From NCBI RefSeq assembly GCF_000150275.1, contig NW_002060943.1, forward strand, positions 6,378,299-6,442,298: a stretch of DNA of 64,000 bases. The letters are read 5' to 3'. Of this stretch, positions 26,650 to 41,100 are shown piece after piece. The DNA comes from Trichoplax adhaerens. Taxonomy: Eukaryota > Animalia > Placozoa. The notes under the pieces are model-generated. The model did not search any database. It had not been told where the DNA came from and saw nothing but the letters and a program-made list of their open reading frames with translations. The position numbers and the translations under genes are program-made. The stretch's first letter is position 1. Every line of letters starts with the position of its first letter.

Positions 26650-28150
26650 TTGTTATTACAATCTAAAGATGGAACAAGACCATCAGTTATTGTTCATCAA
26701 AGATGCTACTGATGGCTTTGTTATCAAGTTATTCTACTCATTTATGCAACAATGGATAAGGGAACGATAGTATTTTGTTTTGTTTTGTTATCTTATGAGA
26801 CAAAAGATAATACCGTTAATGTTAGATTAGCAAGTCCTGCGTAATTGTAATATTGTTTCTTAGTTTCTATTGAAATAGCTAGTAGAAACACCGAGAAGGT
26901 TTAAATTAAAATGATCCATCATTACAACGCTAGTTAAAATACATTTATACCATTCGTTTCCTGACCTGCTGTATTTCAAATTGTTGGTCTTTATGATAAA
27001 AAAGAGTACTAGATCGATCAGTATCAGTTAGATTGATCGCCATTCCTTGTAGGGCATTGGTTTTATACGGAATTACCATACTTTTGCTTGCATTCAAGGG
27101 TATTATAGTTAGATCGAATTAATTGGATAGGGATAAAATAGAAAGACTAATATCAATCAACAGCTCTTAACCTAATATCCACCAAGACAATCTGAAATTT
27201 ATATCATTGCCCTTATCAGTAACACATCTGGAATCATTTTAGAATCATGACCTTGGGCTATTAATCATTCTTAACGAATAGGCATTGGAAAAGTATTCCA
27301 TCGTATTGCTATTGCCAATCGAATATTGTAGTTCTTAGTAATACGAGTCTCGCTGCTTGGCTTACAAATTGGGACTGGTGGATTGGTTTAAAACAGCCAT
27401 TGAACAAGCCATACTGGAATTGACTAAACAAGAACACATTACTTATAAATTACATCAATTCCTTCTTTCAAGTATCTATCCAACGTTAACAGAAACAACG
27501 GATTATCATTTGCTATCATCTAAATTCTTTTAAATTCTATTAATAATTCTGGACAATTTGAGAAATATTCCTTCTTATAGGACAGCATCATCCAGCAATA
27601 CAAGGCTGAACCTATTCTTTCGTTGTATTCCTTCCTTGTCCTAGCGTTTGCTTTATAACAGAGAAATTTCCAGGCCAATATTACAGCACTGGTTACTATA
27701 GACAATTAATTGATTCAAATTACAGGATTACTAGCGGTTAAGTTAAACGATTGTTGTCGCACTTTCAACTTTATTGATTAGTCAAAGGTTATGAAAGTTA
27801 TCATTTCGATAGTATCAAGTAAGAGTGAAGAAGCAACTTTATAGCGATCAGCTCTTGCTTTCATTTCATCTTCCAGCATTAAACTGCTTTAATTTTAAGT
27901 TGAAGTTTCGCCTAATACCGCATCAATTATACTTAATCCAGAAAATAAGTTTATTATTGATAAGATCATGAAGACACTATTATGATCCAAGTTTTTGTCT
28001 ATCATTTCGGCTGATGGCAATCAATTTCTATGCGACCATTGGCTTACGCAACTGAAAGTTATTCCTTCACCATTTCATACCACGGATTTCTTTCCCTCTC
28101 TCCACATTTAAAAAAGTTTCGTAATAGCGTCTTTGCAATTCATTACATGC
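26650..28150 (-). pseudogene. Decayed class C GPCR (mGluR/CaSR-like) relic
   Basis: Minus-strand remnants in the correct order: RNPWY (28091..28077; Venus flytrap RNPWF motif), Cys-rich C/CW remnant (~27600), PICKPSSE (27372..27349; ICL1 TPxVKxSxRE), TLEC (27101..27090; ECL2), LILIDLVLFFIIKTN..NE (27027..26983; TM5-ICL3). Many stops and frameshifts. Confidence 0.7.
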
Positions 28151-29088
28151 TGAAATATCATTGAACTATCACATACAAGGCAATAAAATAAGATTCTAAT
28201 TTACTTTATGTAACAATATCAAAATTAATTGATATCCACACAATCAATCAATTAATTAGTACACACTAGCGATAGACGTGGAACAGTTGTACTAGTAGTA
28301 ATTCATACAACATCAACTATAATATTATCGTCATTTTGTTGTTTTATGTATAGAGATACTATTAGCAATATTGCTATCAGAAATTTCTTTATAATACGAG
28401 TAATTCTCTACTAAATGCCGTTGCATTTAAAAGCGCACTTTTAGAGCATAACCTTTTCAGCATTCAGTTTCAATTTATTGCTTACTCATGGTGAAAGTAG
28501 ACTGAATAGGAAGGAAAATTTAGACCTTCACTTGGCTTCTTTCGCTGGCATTACCGAAACTAACCAATAAAATAGCGGAAGAAATCTTGAGTTAGCTGGT
28601 TAGGAATCTCAAAACGCTATTTCATTGAACTTTGTTTTAAATCTTACAATACTTTCATCCGAGTTACCTAGTAAATAAAGCAATTAATTACCTTCATGAT
28701 CAAGATTCTTATTGATGTAATATCAATTGCAATATAGTAAGTTAGTGAATTAAAACTACTGGAGAGTGGTTAGAATCGAGACAATTGAGGAATTTAATCC
28801 AGCCTTATTTGTCAAAACTTGAATTCATGATCGCAGAGACAGTAAGCATTGACTGAAGCAACCTAAAATTGAAGACTTTTCAGCAGTTATTACCATAAAT
28901 GGAACTACTTAAACTGTCTATGATTTATTATTAATAATTATTTATAACAGAAGCTAACTATCCTGCATCAATTACTGAATTATTTTGGGGGAAGAGTGTT
29001 ACCGTCGAAAAAAATTAAAGTAATTTGTTCATCCATCATCTTATCCTTATCCTTGATTACTAGAATTTTGTAATTAATTGAGGTCAAA

Positions 29089-32000
29089 ATGGAAGCTTAT
29101 AGGAACTCAACGGATAAAGATCATTCTACCCAATTAGCTAGAAGTTTATTTGATGTTTGCGATGTTGCCCAGCAAGGTTATATTCAACGTTGCGATTTAG
29201 AAATTTTATGCCAAAAAAAGGTAATACCCATTTCAGTTGACGAAGCTCATCAATTATTTTATTTACTGGACGAAAATGGCGATGGGATTGTTACGATCGA
29301 AGAATTTATGAGTTGTTTTGAAGATGCTATTGGTATAGCAATGCCTAAAAACCGTAATCAAGAGACTTTAACCCCTCCATTATCATCCCCGGAATCGACG
29401 ACCCATTATGAACATGAGAACACTTATACTAATGATTACCTGGAATTTTTTCATAATCAATTCTTTGAAGGGTGAGAATTGAAAAACAGAGTAACTATAT
29501 TGCAATGGTACATGTTTACAGTGACCAATACAATTGATTTTTGACTTTTCCTTGAACAATCTACCTCGTTAGTTTTGATTACAACTCGAGATTGGATCAT
29601 TTTTTGTACTTTTAGCCTGTCTATATCGTCAAGATCTTGATGATAGCTATCTAATGCTTATTTATTTCACAGTAGATGGATAGCTAGGTTAAAAGCCATA
29701 TATAATTATAATTTTTCAACTATTTATTCGATTATCTTATGCAATGGAGTGATCCTTCTATACCCATTTCCACATTATCATGGGATTGACTTGGGATTGG
29801 CATGGGTTTAACGTTGACAAATTTCATAACTTTTTTTCATATCTGATCTTCTCGATATCGTTCATTTGCCTCAATAATCACCAGATTTGTTGATTTCACG
29901 ATGACTTTCTCGATAATCGAGAATTACAGTGCATTAGCAATGATTCTGCTATAGCAATGTAACTGATTGAATTTCGTGATTTGGTAGCCATGTAGACTGC
30001 TAGCATCAGCAAAGGCAATTAAACCTTCTTTTAAAAAAATAGCAATCTTTTGGTCAATGTATTTCTACTTCGGAATGCACTATAAATTACCCTCAAAATC
30101 ACTTAGTGCAGGAAGGAGGATATTGTAGAAAATACAAGCATTTTTAATCGGTCAGATGTCATAAATCAAAATTTAAGTTGATAAAATGGATGGAGCGCTA
30201 AGCGTATTCCATTTCTTCTTGATCTATTTATTATAAATGCAATTTAGTTTACAAAGCATAACTTTACGGTAGGAATTTTAAGTAGACAGTTTATTATGCT
30301 TCATTTTAGATCATACACTACGTAACATAGAAAAGATTAAAAAAAGTTATTTGAATAATTTGACAAATAACTAATTCTAGTTCATAATTAGTCTCTTTTT
30401 ATAAATAATTCAGCAGATCATACTTGGAGTTTTATTAAACTGGTAGTAGTATAAAATTTTTAATCGATGAGAATGTTCCCATAATATTACTGCACAGATT
30501 TCAAGTTCTAGACTGATGCATTAACATTTATTTAATAATATTAATGTACAGGCAAGACCAACTTTGCGAACTATTTCAACAACTGAACGAGTCAGACTCA
30601 CCACAACTACTCGTCAACCTGGAAAGTTTCCTACTATGCGTGGTTAAAGATATTAAGAGAAGACAGGAGAATACAGAGCAACTGGAACTCGCTTTAAAAA
30701 GGTACGGTAAAATTTGATTTAGAAATGAAAATTCATACCGAAAGTAGGTTAAAAATTCAGGCACAGCTGTCATAACTTGTCTGTAAGCTACAATATTGAT
30801 TTATGTTGCAACAAATAAACCGAAAATTCCCTCCTATTAACAAAAACTTTTCTTTCAGTTACATGATATGCCTCATCAAATAGTAATGCGCTTAGTAATA
30901 TGAAAGAACGGTGCAATTTTGACTAGGAATGATCATGCATTATAGAGAGAAAACATTTTGAACTATCCAACTATCCTACAGTGCTCTTCTAAAATTAATT
31001 CGAATTTTTATGATTTAAATTGACGATGAACATTTTCGTAGATCTCTTAAAAATCAGGTTTAAATATTATTTTTAAGACCAATATAAACGCGCTACATCA
31101 TCAAAATTAGGTGCATAGCCATTATTCTTTAGTTGACTGAAAGAATTTTCGATTAATCTCCATCGTAAAATTGCCATCCGTTAAACTTATTCTTGAATGT
31201 ATTAAATAATTCTTCAAACTGTATTGCATTAGCAAGAAAGCCAGTTTACGCTCTCCCTTTATCAAACTCCATTACTATACTACAGTCTATTTGGCCGAGA
31301 GACTATTACTAATCCTTCTCTATAGTAATTGTAGCCCCTTCTGTAATAAGATACGCGTATGCTAGACCATACGCTTAATTCAATTTTGAAATTGCATAAC
31401 CATCTGAGACAACTATTTCCAGAAGAATTGAAAATTTTCATTGCAATCATAATTCTTACATTGAAGCTATTTTCGTCACCAGATCTACTGAGAAACAAGC
31501 TGAACATATCCATCAATTAGAAGAAGAATTTGATCTTCAATTAAGTAAAGCAGAAGCAAAAATTCGTGCTGAGGTACTCATTACAGTCTTCATAGGAATG
31601 GCTGCAGATAATATGAATCATTCGGAAATTTTTTCCTTTTACAACTCTAGATAGATTAATTTAGTGAAAGCTGTAGTGGAAAACATATTAATTAATTAAT
31701 AACTAAACATAGCTAAAATAATGACAATCACGATCTGAAATTGTCAATTGCATACTTGTGAAATAAAAACGTCATTTGTTACCTGTAATTTTTGTGTCTT
31801 ATAGGAAAGAAATAAAACAGAGAGAGTTATAAGTGGATTAAGATGTGATCTAGAGGGCAAGCAATCTGAATTGCAAGAAATCACTGTAAAAATTCAAGCG
31901 GTAACTAAGCTATTTTATTCGCAGCGTAAATAATTACGATTTGAAAGAATAAGATCAGAAATTAACTGTAATAAACTATGTTATAGCTTGAGTCAAAATT

Positions 32001-35000
32001 AAGAGATGAACATCCACTCTCTATGGACGAGTACCATGCTATTACTAAAGAAATGGATAACCTATTAGATGTAATGAAATTGAATTCTCATAAGCCGATC
32101 AAAAGTTATCATGATTTAGTTACTGATACTTCCTTTATAATTCTGTTTGAAATGTAACCAAATTCAATATTTAGGAAAATCGTGCTTTGAAAAGCCAGAT
32201 TACTAGCGCACAAACTGAATTATCCATCGTTAGGAGCGATATGTCACAATTAAATAATGATTACGAAGAGCAGTCTTTAGCATTACAAAAGTGAGCCACT
32301 ATTTTAAGTTCAACATTCTTAAAATTAATAGTCAAATGGTACTATTTTAAGAACTTAGTGACGATTTTACATGATAGAAATTTTACATTATATTCACGAT
32401 TGATTTGGATTTACAGTGAATCGGAAACGGTTTTAGTTCATGTTCGTGAGCAAGAAAACTTAACGAGACAATTACAAACCCTTCGGTGAGTAAATAATTT
32501 ATAAGGCTAACTTCTACATGACTTATTGGTGCCCCAGCTTTCTACAAAGTACTTTATAGGGATACTAGATGACTTGGTAATTTCAGAGAGTTATCGTTTT
32601 TTTAATTCTTGTATCGTTATTTTGGTAAAAAATCTTTGCATTTATATTAGAGAGGCAAATAGAAAGCTGCAAATGGTAAACATTGACTTGAAAGAAAGAT
32701 TAGAAGTAAGTTTTATAGCGATCATAAAATTCAGTTTAAACTAAGATGAAGTCATCGAAGTACATTGTTAATAGAGCTTAGATTTCGTTTTATGTCACAT
32801 TCTAAACAGCGTTAATAACATGACCATTTATCCTAGTTATTATTTTCAACAAATTACCATCATTAAATACCGTGATTGTTATAAAGGCGATAGGAACCCT
32901 GAAATAAGGATCGTAAAACTACAAATTTTTACTTTATGTAAATGGCATATTACATCAATAAAGTGCTTAGGGACTTTTATTAATATTCACGAGCGAATTA
33001 TGATATAGTTCAATATACATAGAGTCCATCACCTGCTAGCTATATAACCTGACAGCAAACTAATTTCTACTTAATTTAATTTCTAATGCTATGGTTACAT
33101 GTAAACATTCATTGAAGATATAACCCAAGCTGCGCGTATTTCATATCCTAGGTAGCAAAGGGATCCTCCAAGCCCAACGGAGCAATCAACGATGGGAAAT
33201 TGCCAAATGGATCTAGGTAAAATAAAATAGAATGAATTTATAAAGTAACTAGTTTGATCACTTAATTACCCTGAATTATCCATTAAATTTAAATATTTTT
33301 AATCCATCGTGATTACCTCTTCTAGCTGTGTAAATAGGATAACTGCAATTTTTTTAGAAAATATTTTCTATATCGTAGTCGTTATAATAATGTTCTGGCT
33401 TTAAATAGACCAGTTTATCGCCTTCCCCATGTTGTTATTAATATCATAACCTACCTAAAAGGATCATACCTACATGAAGTCTCTCAACTTTAATATTTAA
33501 TATTTTCGCCTAAAATGGATGAAAGTATTGTATTAACGATATTGCTTTAGTTATATTCTTACATTAATTTCATTTCTCTTTCTAAAATAATGCATTTTGT
33601 AGTAAAGAAACCATGTCATTTAAGGATGAATGTGCCAGCCAGGGAATTGATTCTGACTCTTACAGAAAGAATGCAACCCTATCGCAAATTAGCGTAGACT
33701 TGGACGATAGACCACTTACCGGTAATGGAGGCATTCGATCGAATACTGCGGATAGCAGTGATATTTTTCAAGCCAACGGAGACGCTAAGCCGGAGAAAAA
33801 ACTTTTCAGAACCGATTCTCATTATAATATAGGCAAAATGGTAAATGTATTTGGGTCTACAATATCTACTGCAGAATAAAAAGTAATTTATAGTATAAAT
33901 CTTCTATCATTTAATTTATATTTTTCTTGATGAACAGGAGGTGAATAAAACCGATACTAAAATGTTCAAATTGGTATTAGCCGGCGATGCTGCTGTCGGC
34001 AAATCAAGTTTTATTTTAAGATTATGCCAAAATCGATTCCACAATGCGTTGCATTCTACTTTAGGTTGGTACACTATTATGATGTTTTTACAGTAGAAGC
34101 TGAAATAGGGCGATATGGTTGTAAACAAGTTGTATATCTCAATATTTCGTATACGGTTACTTATTTGAAATATTGATTATTCTGATATTTCGGTATTTTC
34201 TGTTCGGTAGTATACAATATCAAAAAACTACAATTATAATTTTTATTGGAAAGTAATATAACCAAATTTAAAAAAATTTATAATATGGCCATAAATAGGT
34301 GTTGACTTTCAAATGAAAACATTAGAAGTAGACGGAATCATCGTTACATTACAATTATGGGATACTGCTGGGCAAGAACGATATCGCAGTATTGCAAAGT
34401 CCTACTTTCGTAAAGTTGATGGTGTCCTGCTGCTGTATGATGTAACTTCTGAAAGTTCATTTTTAAACGTCCGAGACTGGATGGATGCAATTGAAGTAAT
34501 TATGTTATCAGTAAAGATATCATCTAATTTTTTATTTTTCTAACCGCATAGCTCTAAAGGTATTGCATGCTCAGATTACTTCTAAAAGAAGTAAACAATT
34601 TCTTCGTTAAATTTACTGTTGTGTAATTTGCACTAAGGAATAGGTTAAACAAATAAGATGTTGGTGATATGCTGTAGAATAAGCGAAGGAATTTATTTTT
34701 AGTTAAAACTAACCTTATTACAGTAACTTTACTAGTATATTTACTTCTTCGCTGTTGAAAATCGAATCATCATAAAAATTGATTACATTTTTATGTTTAG
34801 AATAGCACAAGTAAGCCGGTACCCATTATGCTACTAGGAAATAAAGTGGATTTGAGGGACACCGAAGAAGCTAAAGGAGAGGCAGTAATCAGTACTGAGA
34901 ATGGGCAAAGATTGGCAAAAGTAAGTCAACGTATGGTTTGGTCATTATAATAATTGATCCTCAATTAAATGTATTAGGACTTCGAGTTTAAGAATATAAC

Positions 35001-35668
35001 TCAAGTAATGCTATTTATTCACTTGTACGTGTTATAATCTTTTACTTAAAAGTATAGTATAGCAATAAAGCTAAAGTTTGCAGGAAATAACGGCATTTTC
35101 TAACGCTAATTGCTTAGAATACTGGTAGTTATCAGTAATACTCTATTTTTGGAAGTAAAATAATAACTTCATGCTTCTTCCTCTAGTATTTGTTACATGT
35201 TCGCAGTTAATTTACGAAAATCGGTATAGCATTTTTCAAGGTATGACATAATTGTATTTACTATCGATCTTTTTTGCAGGAATATCAAGCCATGTTCGTC
35301 GAATGTAGTGCTAAAAGTGGTGTTAATGTTAGTGATGCATGTCTGAAATTAACACGGTAAGTTTAGCTATACATGACCATATTATCTCGTACAAAAACAA
35401 TCTTCAGTATTTTCAATGCCAAGAGCAATAAAATGCTGTTCATTTTATAGAGATTTCTGTGAAAATGATTGCACTGCTACTTTTATTATTAAGAATAAAG
35501 ATTAGTTTATTCAGTAATTTCCCAAACTATAGCCTAGATATTCTTACGTTTAAATGCAGAATCTTAATGGAAAATGAAAGCAAATCAGAAGGAAGCTCTA
35601 ATGGAATGAAACTTACTGAGAAAACCTTAGGCCAAGGGAAAAAATTTGGCTGTTGCCATCATCGCTAG
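29089..35668 (+). CDS. RASEF: EF-hand, coiled-coil and Rab GTPase protein (RASEF/Rab45), 658 aa
   Basis: 15 GT-AG exons totalling 1977 nt in frame: 29089-29471, 30552-30701, 31483-31573, 31805-31900, 31987-32070, 32175-32290, 32417-32485, 32651-32705, 33152-33216, 33603-33840, 33938-34064, 34299-34495, 34801-34920, 35280-35356, 35560-35668. Motifs: EF-hand [38 protein letters not shown]-terminal CCHHR. Confidence 0.92.
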
Positions 35669-36605
35669 GTAGTTTAATGTCATTAATCATTTTAAATATA
35701 TATGTTTATCCGCGCTGATACCATAAGTGCTAAAAAATATTTAAAAATATTTAAAAATATTGACATTTCGAAGTAGAGAGAAATTATCTATTTATTGCAA
35801 TTGCTCACGGTTAGAGACGCTGTCATCCTTCTTGATTTCCTGGTCATGTATAACTAATATATCGATTGCACATATAATGCGTAGATAATTAAAATCAACA
35901 TTTTTAGATTTTGACTTTGTAAAAACGCTTTCAAAATAAGAAAGAACTAATGTATTTAGTCATCATTAACTGAATGCTGATAGTATTGCAAATTACTACA
36001 CTATTTAGCCTTCTACGCGTTGTGTATGTTGCTGTAAAAAAGTATTTTATCAAAATGATTTTAAACGAACGTTATCAACCTTGGCTATTAAATACATATT
36101 CATGACCATTTTTGCAAGGATGATATTAATTTATATGTTCTTAGTAGATATTTCATTTTAACAGTAGCTTTCTCTAGTATTTGCGGTTGTTTATCTTGGA
36201 ATAGATAACATAGTTAAAAATGATGCCTAGATTATGATATAGTATATTTAAAGAAAGTGAAATCAGTCAGATCAGCAGCATGATTTTATTTCATATCTAG
36301 ATAGCATATGATGCATTTGCCATATATAATTTTGGTCACAGATTGAATTTAATGCTTACCTCAAAGCAACGTATTCATGTTTCATTAATTTATGCTTATT
36401 CTGTAAGTATAACTATCCAATGAATTTTAATTGTTGACTCTTCTATAATTGTGCAATTTTGTCTAATGAGGGAATAGTTTTAAAATTTCTTCATTGTTAA
36501 TTATGTTTGCCAATGATGCAACTCAATGGCTTAAAATAAATGACTTTTAAATTATAGGTCATTGTATATGTTGATACCAGATATTGTATAGATCAGGTCA
36601 ATGAG

Positions 36606-37091
36606 TGTGATGGAGGGTTCGATATCTCAGAGGATTGAGATTTAGTCGCCATTTACAATTATTACAACAAAGGGTTTATAAAAGTTATGCTTTATTGTAG
36701 GTTAGTAATGTGAAGTACAGTGAGGTAGTTACGGTAGATCAGCGTGCAAGCTGTCGTGAGTAACGAGTAGAAGTATTAGACTTTGAGAGACTAACTAGAA
36801 GACTAACTGAGAGGCTAATGAACTCTGAGGTAGAAATCGCCGGTATTTATAGCTTTAAAGATAGAGCACATGCAGAGAATAGGATTGTGGAATTAGATAC
36901 AGCATATACCATAACAGATTACAAAATAGCAGATGATTGTAGAAAACAGCGAGTACCGTAATAACTAAATACAGTAGTCTATATATGAATGTAGAGTAAG
37001 AGGACTGTAGATCTGTCTAAATATAAGAGCAATACAACATGTCTATATTTAACAGTAGAATATAGTTACAGTATATTCTAAATACACTACA
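36606..37091 (-). mobile_element. Solo LTR, family A, second copy
   Basis: 486 bp with TG...CA ends and about 8 substitutions (hand count) versus 5790..6275. Flanks ATGAG and GTTTG do not match. No PBS or PPT adjacent. Confidence 0.88.
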
Positions 37092-38169
37092 GTTTGAATG
37101 CATAGTTGTTTCTTGAATACTATTTAAATTGTCCCTTCATCAATTACAGTATACGAGAACAGTATATCGTATTTGAATATAAAATCTGCTATAGTTTTAG
37201 ATTTTTTCTGTTTTGAATCACTTCTCGATGAAGCTACCACGTCATCTTCTTAAAATTACTACAACTTTAATCCAAACAATTGAGATCGATAAACGAAATT
37301 TTATGATTATTAATTAAAGTGATCATTTTAGTAAATAGTTGCATTGTACTGAAATTATTATTCAGCGATGTATTATTCAGATCATAGCAATTCGCCGTTA
37401 TAATATGAAAGAATTTAATTTAAACTTTCTTTTGTCCTAATTTAAGAAACTAATAGCAGAGCAATTAAGTAACAGAATTTGTTGATAGACTCACAAATGC
37501 AAGCATTCTAGAGAAAAAATTAATATTGCGGTGACAATTAACTACCAATTTATAAGTTCCTTCAATGTTGATGTTTACAGCTGTAAAAGATGGATGTTAT
37601 GCTATTTATTCATTCCCAAGCTATGAGACTATACAGTACTATCTAAAAGTAGATTGAGACAATACTAATTGAAGTATTTACTGTAAATCTACACAATCAA
37701 AGTAGTCATGTATTTAAGTTATTGATAATTACATAAATGACAGATAGTTGTTTTTATTTCACATTGGTATATTTTAGTTCAAATTTTTATGCGGTCTAAG
37801 TGTTCGTAATAATAGGGTAGAGGGTCGCAATTGCTTCTAGTTTGCAAGCTGCATGCAATTAATTCTAAAGGATGTTAATTAAGATAAAAAGAAATATTAT
37901 AATTAGGTGATTATAATCCAAATAATAAAGTTAACTCTTTATCTGAACTGTAGCTAGTCATCGAAACACATTATCAACTAGGCATGTTGTACTGGCTTTT
38001 ATTTCTATTTTCTGTTTCATTTTTATCGTAATTACTGAGCAAGCAATTGTATATTTATAATTATTTCCATGGATTCTTGAGATTAATAAATTTATGACCA
38101 ATTAATGTAATGATTCTAAATGCGTTATCAACTGCTTTGCCTGTTGTATAGATTGATAGAAATGTTGCC

Positions 38170-41100
38170 ATGGTTGTGTATAGTGATATCACTAAGGTAA
38201 ACAAACAGGAATTATTACTATATTAAAGATCAAAATTCATTATATTAAAAGCGTGGATTATGTTCAGTTTAGTTCAAACAATAGATAAATTAAGTGGCAA
38301 AGTGCTAACATGGACGGACAATTGAATCCCGAATTCTATTTTTAATAGTATTTGACGTCTTTTACGGTATTAGTTGTTTTAAGAAATTGTATTGGAAACA
38401 GGTCAAATCACAACTTTTCATTCAAAAGTAGAATTTAAAATAATGAAAGTTGCCAAGGATAGAAAATTATAAGAAATTGGAACAGTAAATCATGTACTGA
38501 CACCTTTGTTACAATTATGGAATTTAAATTATTAGAAACTTTTCCATTTCTCCCACTCAATTTCTTTACCTTTAAAATTCTATTCAGAGTGTTTCAATAG
38601 TTACTTTCATATTTATAGCAAGTTTATGACGGTTGCCCCTCAATTATGTACCTTTATGTATGCTTTGATATTAAAGAAAAATGTCACCAAATTCTAGATA
38701 TACCGAGTAATTATCCAATATCGACACCTTATCCACCTTAGAATATCCTTATTGAGTATCATTTATCAGTAATCTTTATCGAATTTCTATTTAATCTCTG
38801 AGATGAAGAACATGAAATGATAACATTAATTATTAATTACTACAATTTAACTCAATTTTTGATATCATAATTACTCTAAAATGCTTTGATAGGAAAACTT
38901 AATTGATAATAGGGGTTAAGAATTCAAAGTTAGCACAGGTAGCTATCCATGAATCTATTCTCATAATTTGGCGTCAACACCAGAAATCTGATTTAATTAA
39001 TGAAGTAATGTAGCCGGTGCCTACTGAAAAAGCTGTTCAACTTCGAATAGGCTGATAGTGGGTAATACTTTGTGATGACTGGTGCTACCTCTCATTTTAT
39101 ACTGGTTTCGCAGGATCCTTCTATTATCTGAATTCATGCGTAGCCTTTAAATCTTAACTAAGTTTTCCTCGATAATTGTCTAAGCTAAGCTTATACACAA
39201 TATTACTTCGCAACTGCTATTTATAGGTCTATTTACCTGTAAAAATATTATAAAGACTCCATCTCTTTACCGTAAGAGATTCTCGATATCGTAACTTACA
39301 GTCATAATAAGACGGTAAGATGCTCATTTTTGCCACATTCAGTTTATCGAATGTTAATAACATCTTATAATTAGCATACAAGTCATTAGCTTTATTTGGT
39401 ATTTTATGCATATAATTTTAAGAGAAAATTAATGATTATCACATAATAATCGCTAAAATTAAAATAACTTTAACGCCTTTCCCATTTAGAAGATTAATAT
39501 AATAAAGATATAGAGATCAAGGAATTAATTTGGAATCTTATGGTAGTTCCCAGCCTCTAGGCTCTTAAACATTTAAAGACGATATAGTCTGGGATAGACA
39601 TGGATACATATCCATCTAAGCAAGGCGAGATCTCTCACCAACATATATTAGCTGTAACATCTTATCCTAACAAAATAATATAATTGTTGCATTGTAATAT
39701 CATTCATTTATTATTTTCAAATCAGATTATAATATTATTACCTGGAATTGATATATAATAATAATCGTATTATTGATTTCGTTGTTATGTTAGTCAATGT
39801 TTGGCTAGCAACGCATGACCATTTCATCGTGTGTTTAAGGAAAATAATATGGGTTACTACAGCGATATGAATGGGAAATTACAGACAATGTCTTGGATTG
39901 AATAGTATCATAATTAACTACGTTTTTTTGAAGTATTATATTCTTGAAGTGATTAGTTCGTTGATCGCAGTCATTGTACTAGCAGCATCTCATAGTTAAC
40001 ACCAGAATTTTAGCCAATGAATAACATCGGTATATTAAATGTTATTTTTGTATCACTTGGATATTTCACGCTTATGTAATTATTTTACTGACACAATAAA
40101 TCAGTAACTAATAATCGTAATGATAAAACACTATTATGACGTAAACTAGATTTTAAATCCAGCCTTGCACCATCAGTATAAATAAGCATGGTTCCAATCA
40201 TTCAGAGACAGAGTTCATTAATTTAACAACAAAGAGACGATTCGATGGGTTAGGATTACTGGCAAGTAGATTGCAACCATATCGAAAATTGACGTCTGGT
40301 AAGTGATTTTTAATGTTATCTCAGGTAATTTACTTCAATCTAATGAGCAAGATAGAGTAAATGTTGATCTGTTAAAGTATGCTTGATATTAGTTGGGTTT
40401 ACATGTCCTAAAGCAAAATGGACTTAAGATTTGCTACTTATCAACGCGCAAATAAATAGCGAATACCAATGAATGAAATGAATGAATGTATTAACTGCAT
40501 CCTTACTTTTTAAATGATTACTGATTGCTACAGCTATCAATCTTCAAATTACAAATCCGCTTTAGTTTCGCTGAATCAAAAATATTATTACTTTTCCCAC
40601 TATGACGGTAGACTATTCTATTTACTAACATCAATGCTAATGATAAATTGCAAGCATAGCGATCCAAATAGGAAACTCTAGAATTGGATTTACGATTAGT
40701 CATTATTATTGCCAATGCTATGTACCGTTCTACTTCTAACTCCTTTTCTTTCACCCTTAAAAATGAGTCTATCTATTTCCAAATTATAACTTTCGATTTA
40801 CTCCTTTTTCGTCGATACTTATTCCCATAGCAATCATTTCACGATCAGTTTCTTTAAGTTTATTTTTAGAGCTCTAATCTCGTTGTCGTCTTTATCGTTG
40901 CAGTAGCAATTTATGCTATTTTTAAAAATTGGAAGAAATTACAGCAATTAGCGAGTATTGCCTCTAATTGAAGTTGGCTGATGTATTTTTTATTTTGGAA
41001 AAGAAGATAATGATTAGTCTTAATCCGACTCTGATTATATGTAACTTTGCACTTTCACTTGTGCAGTTTGATATTTTCACAACCAATCATAATGCTTTCA

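Noticed and set aside
5790-37091. The two family A LTRs as ends of one giant retroelement
   Set aside because: The first copy has its own TSD, there is no PBS, PPT or gag-pol, and host genes lie between them.
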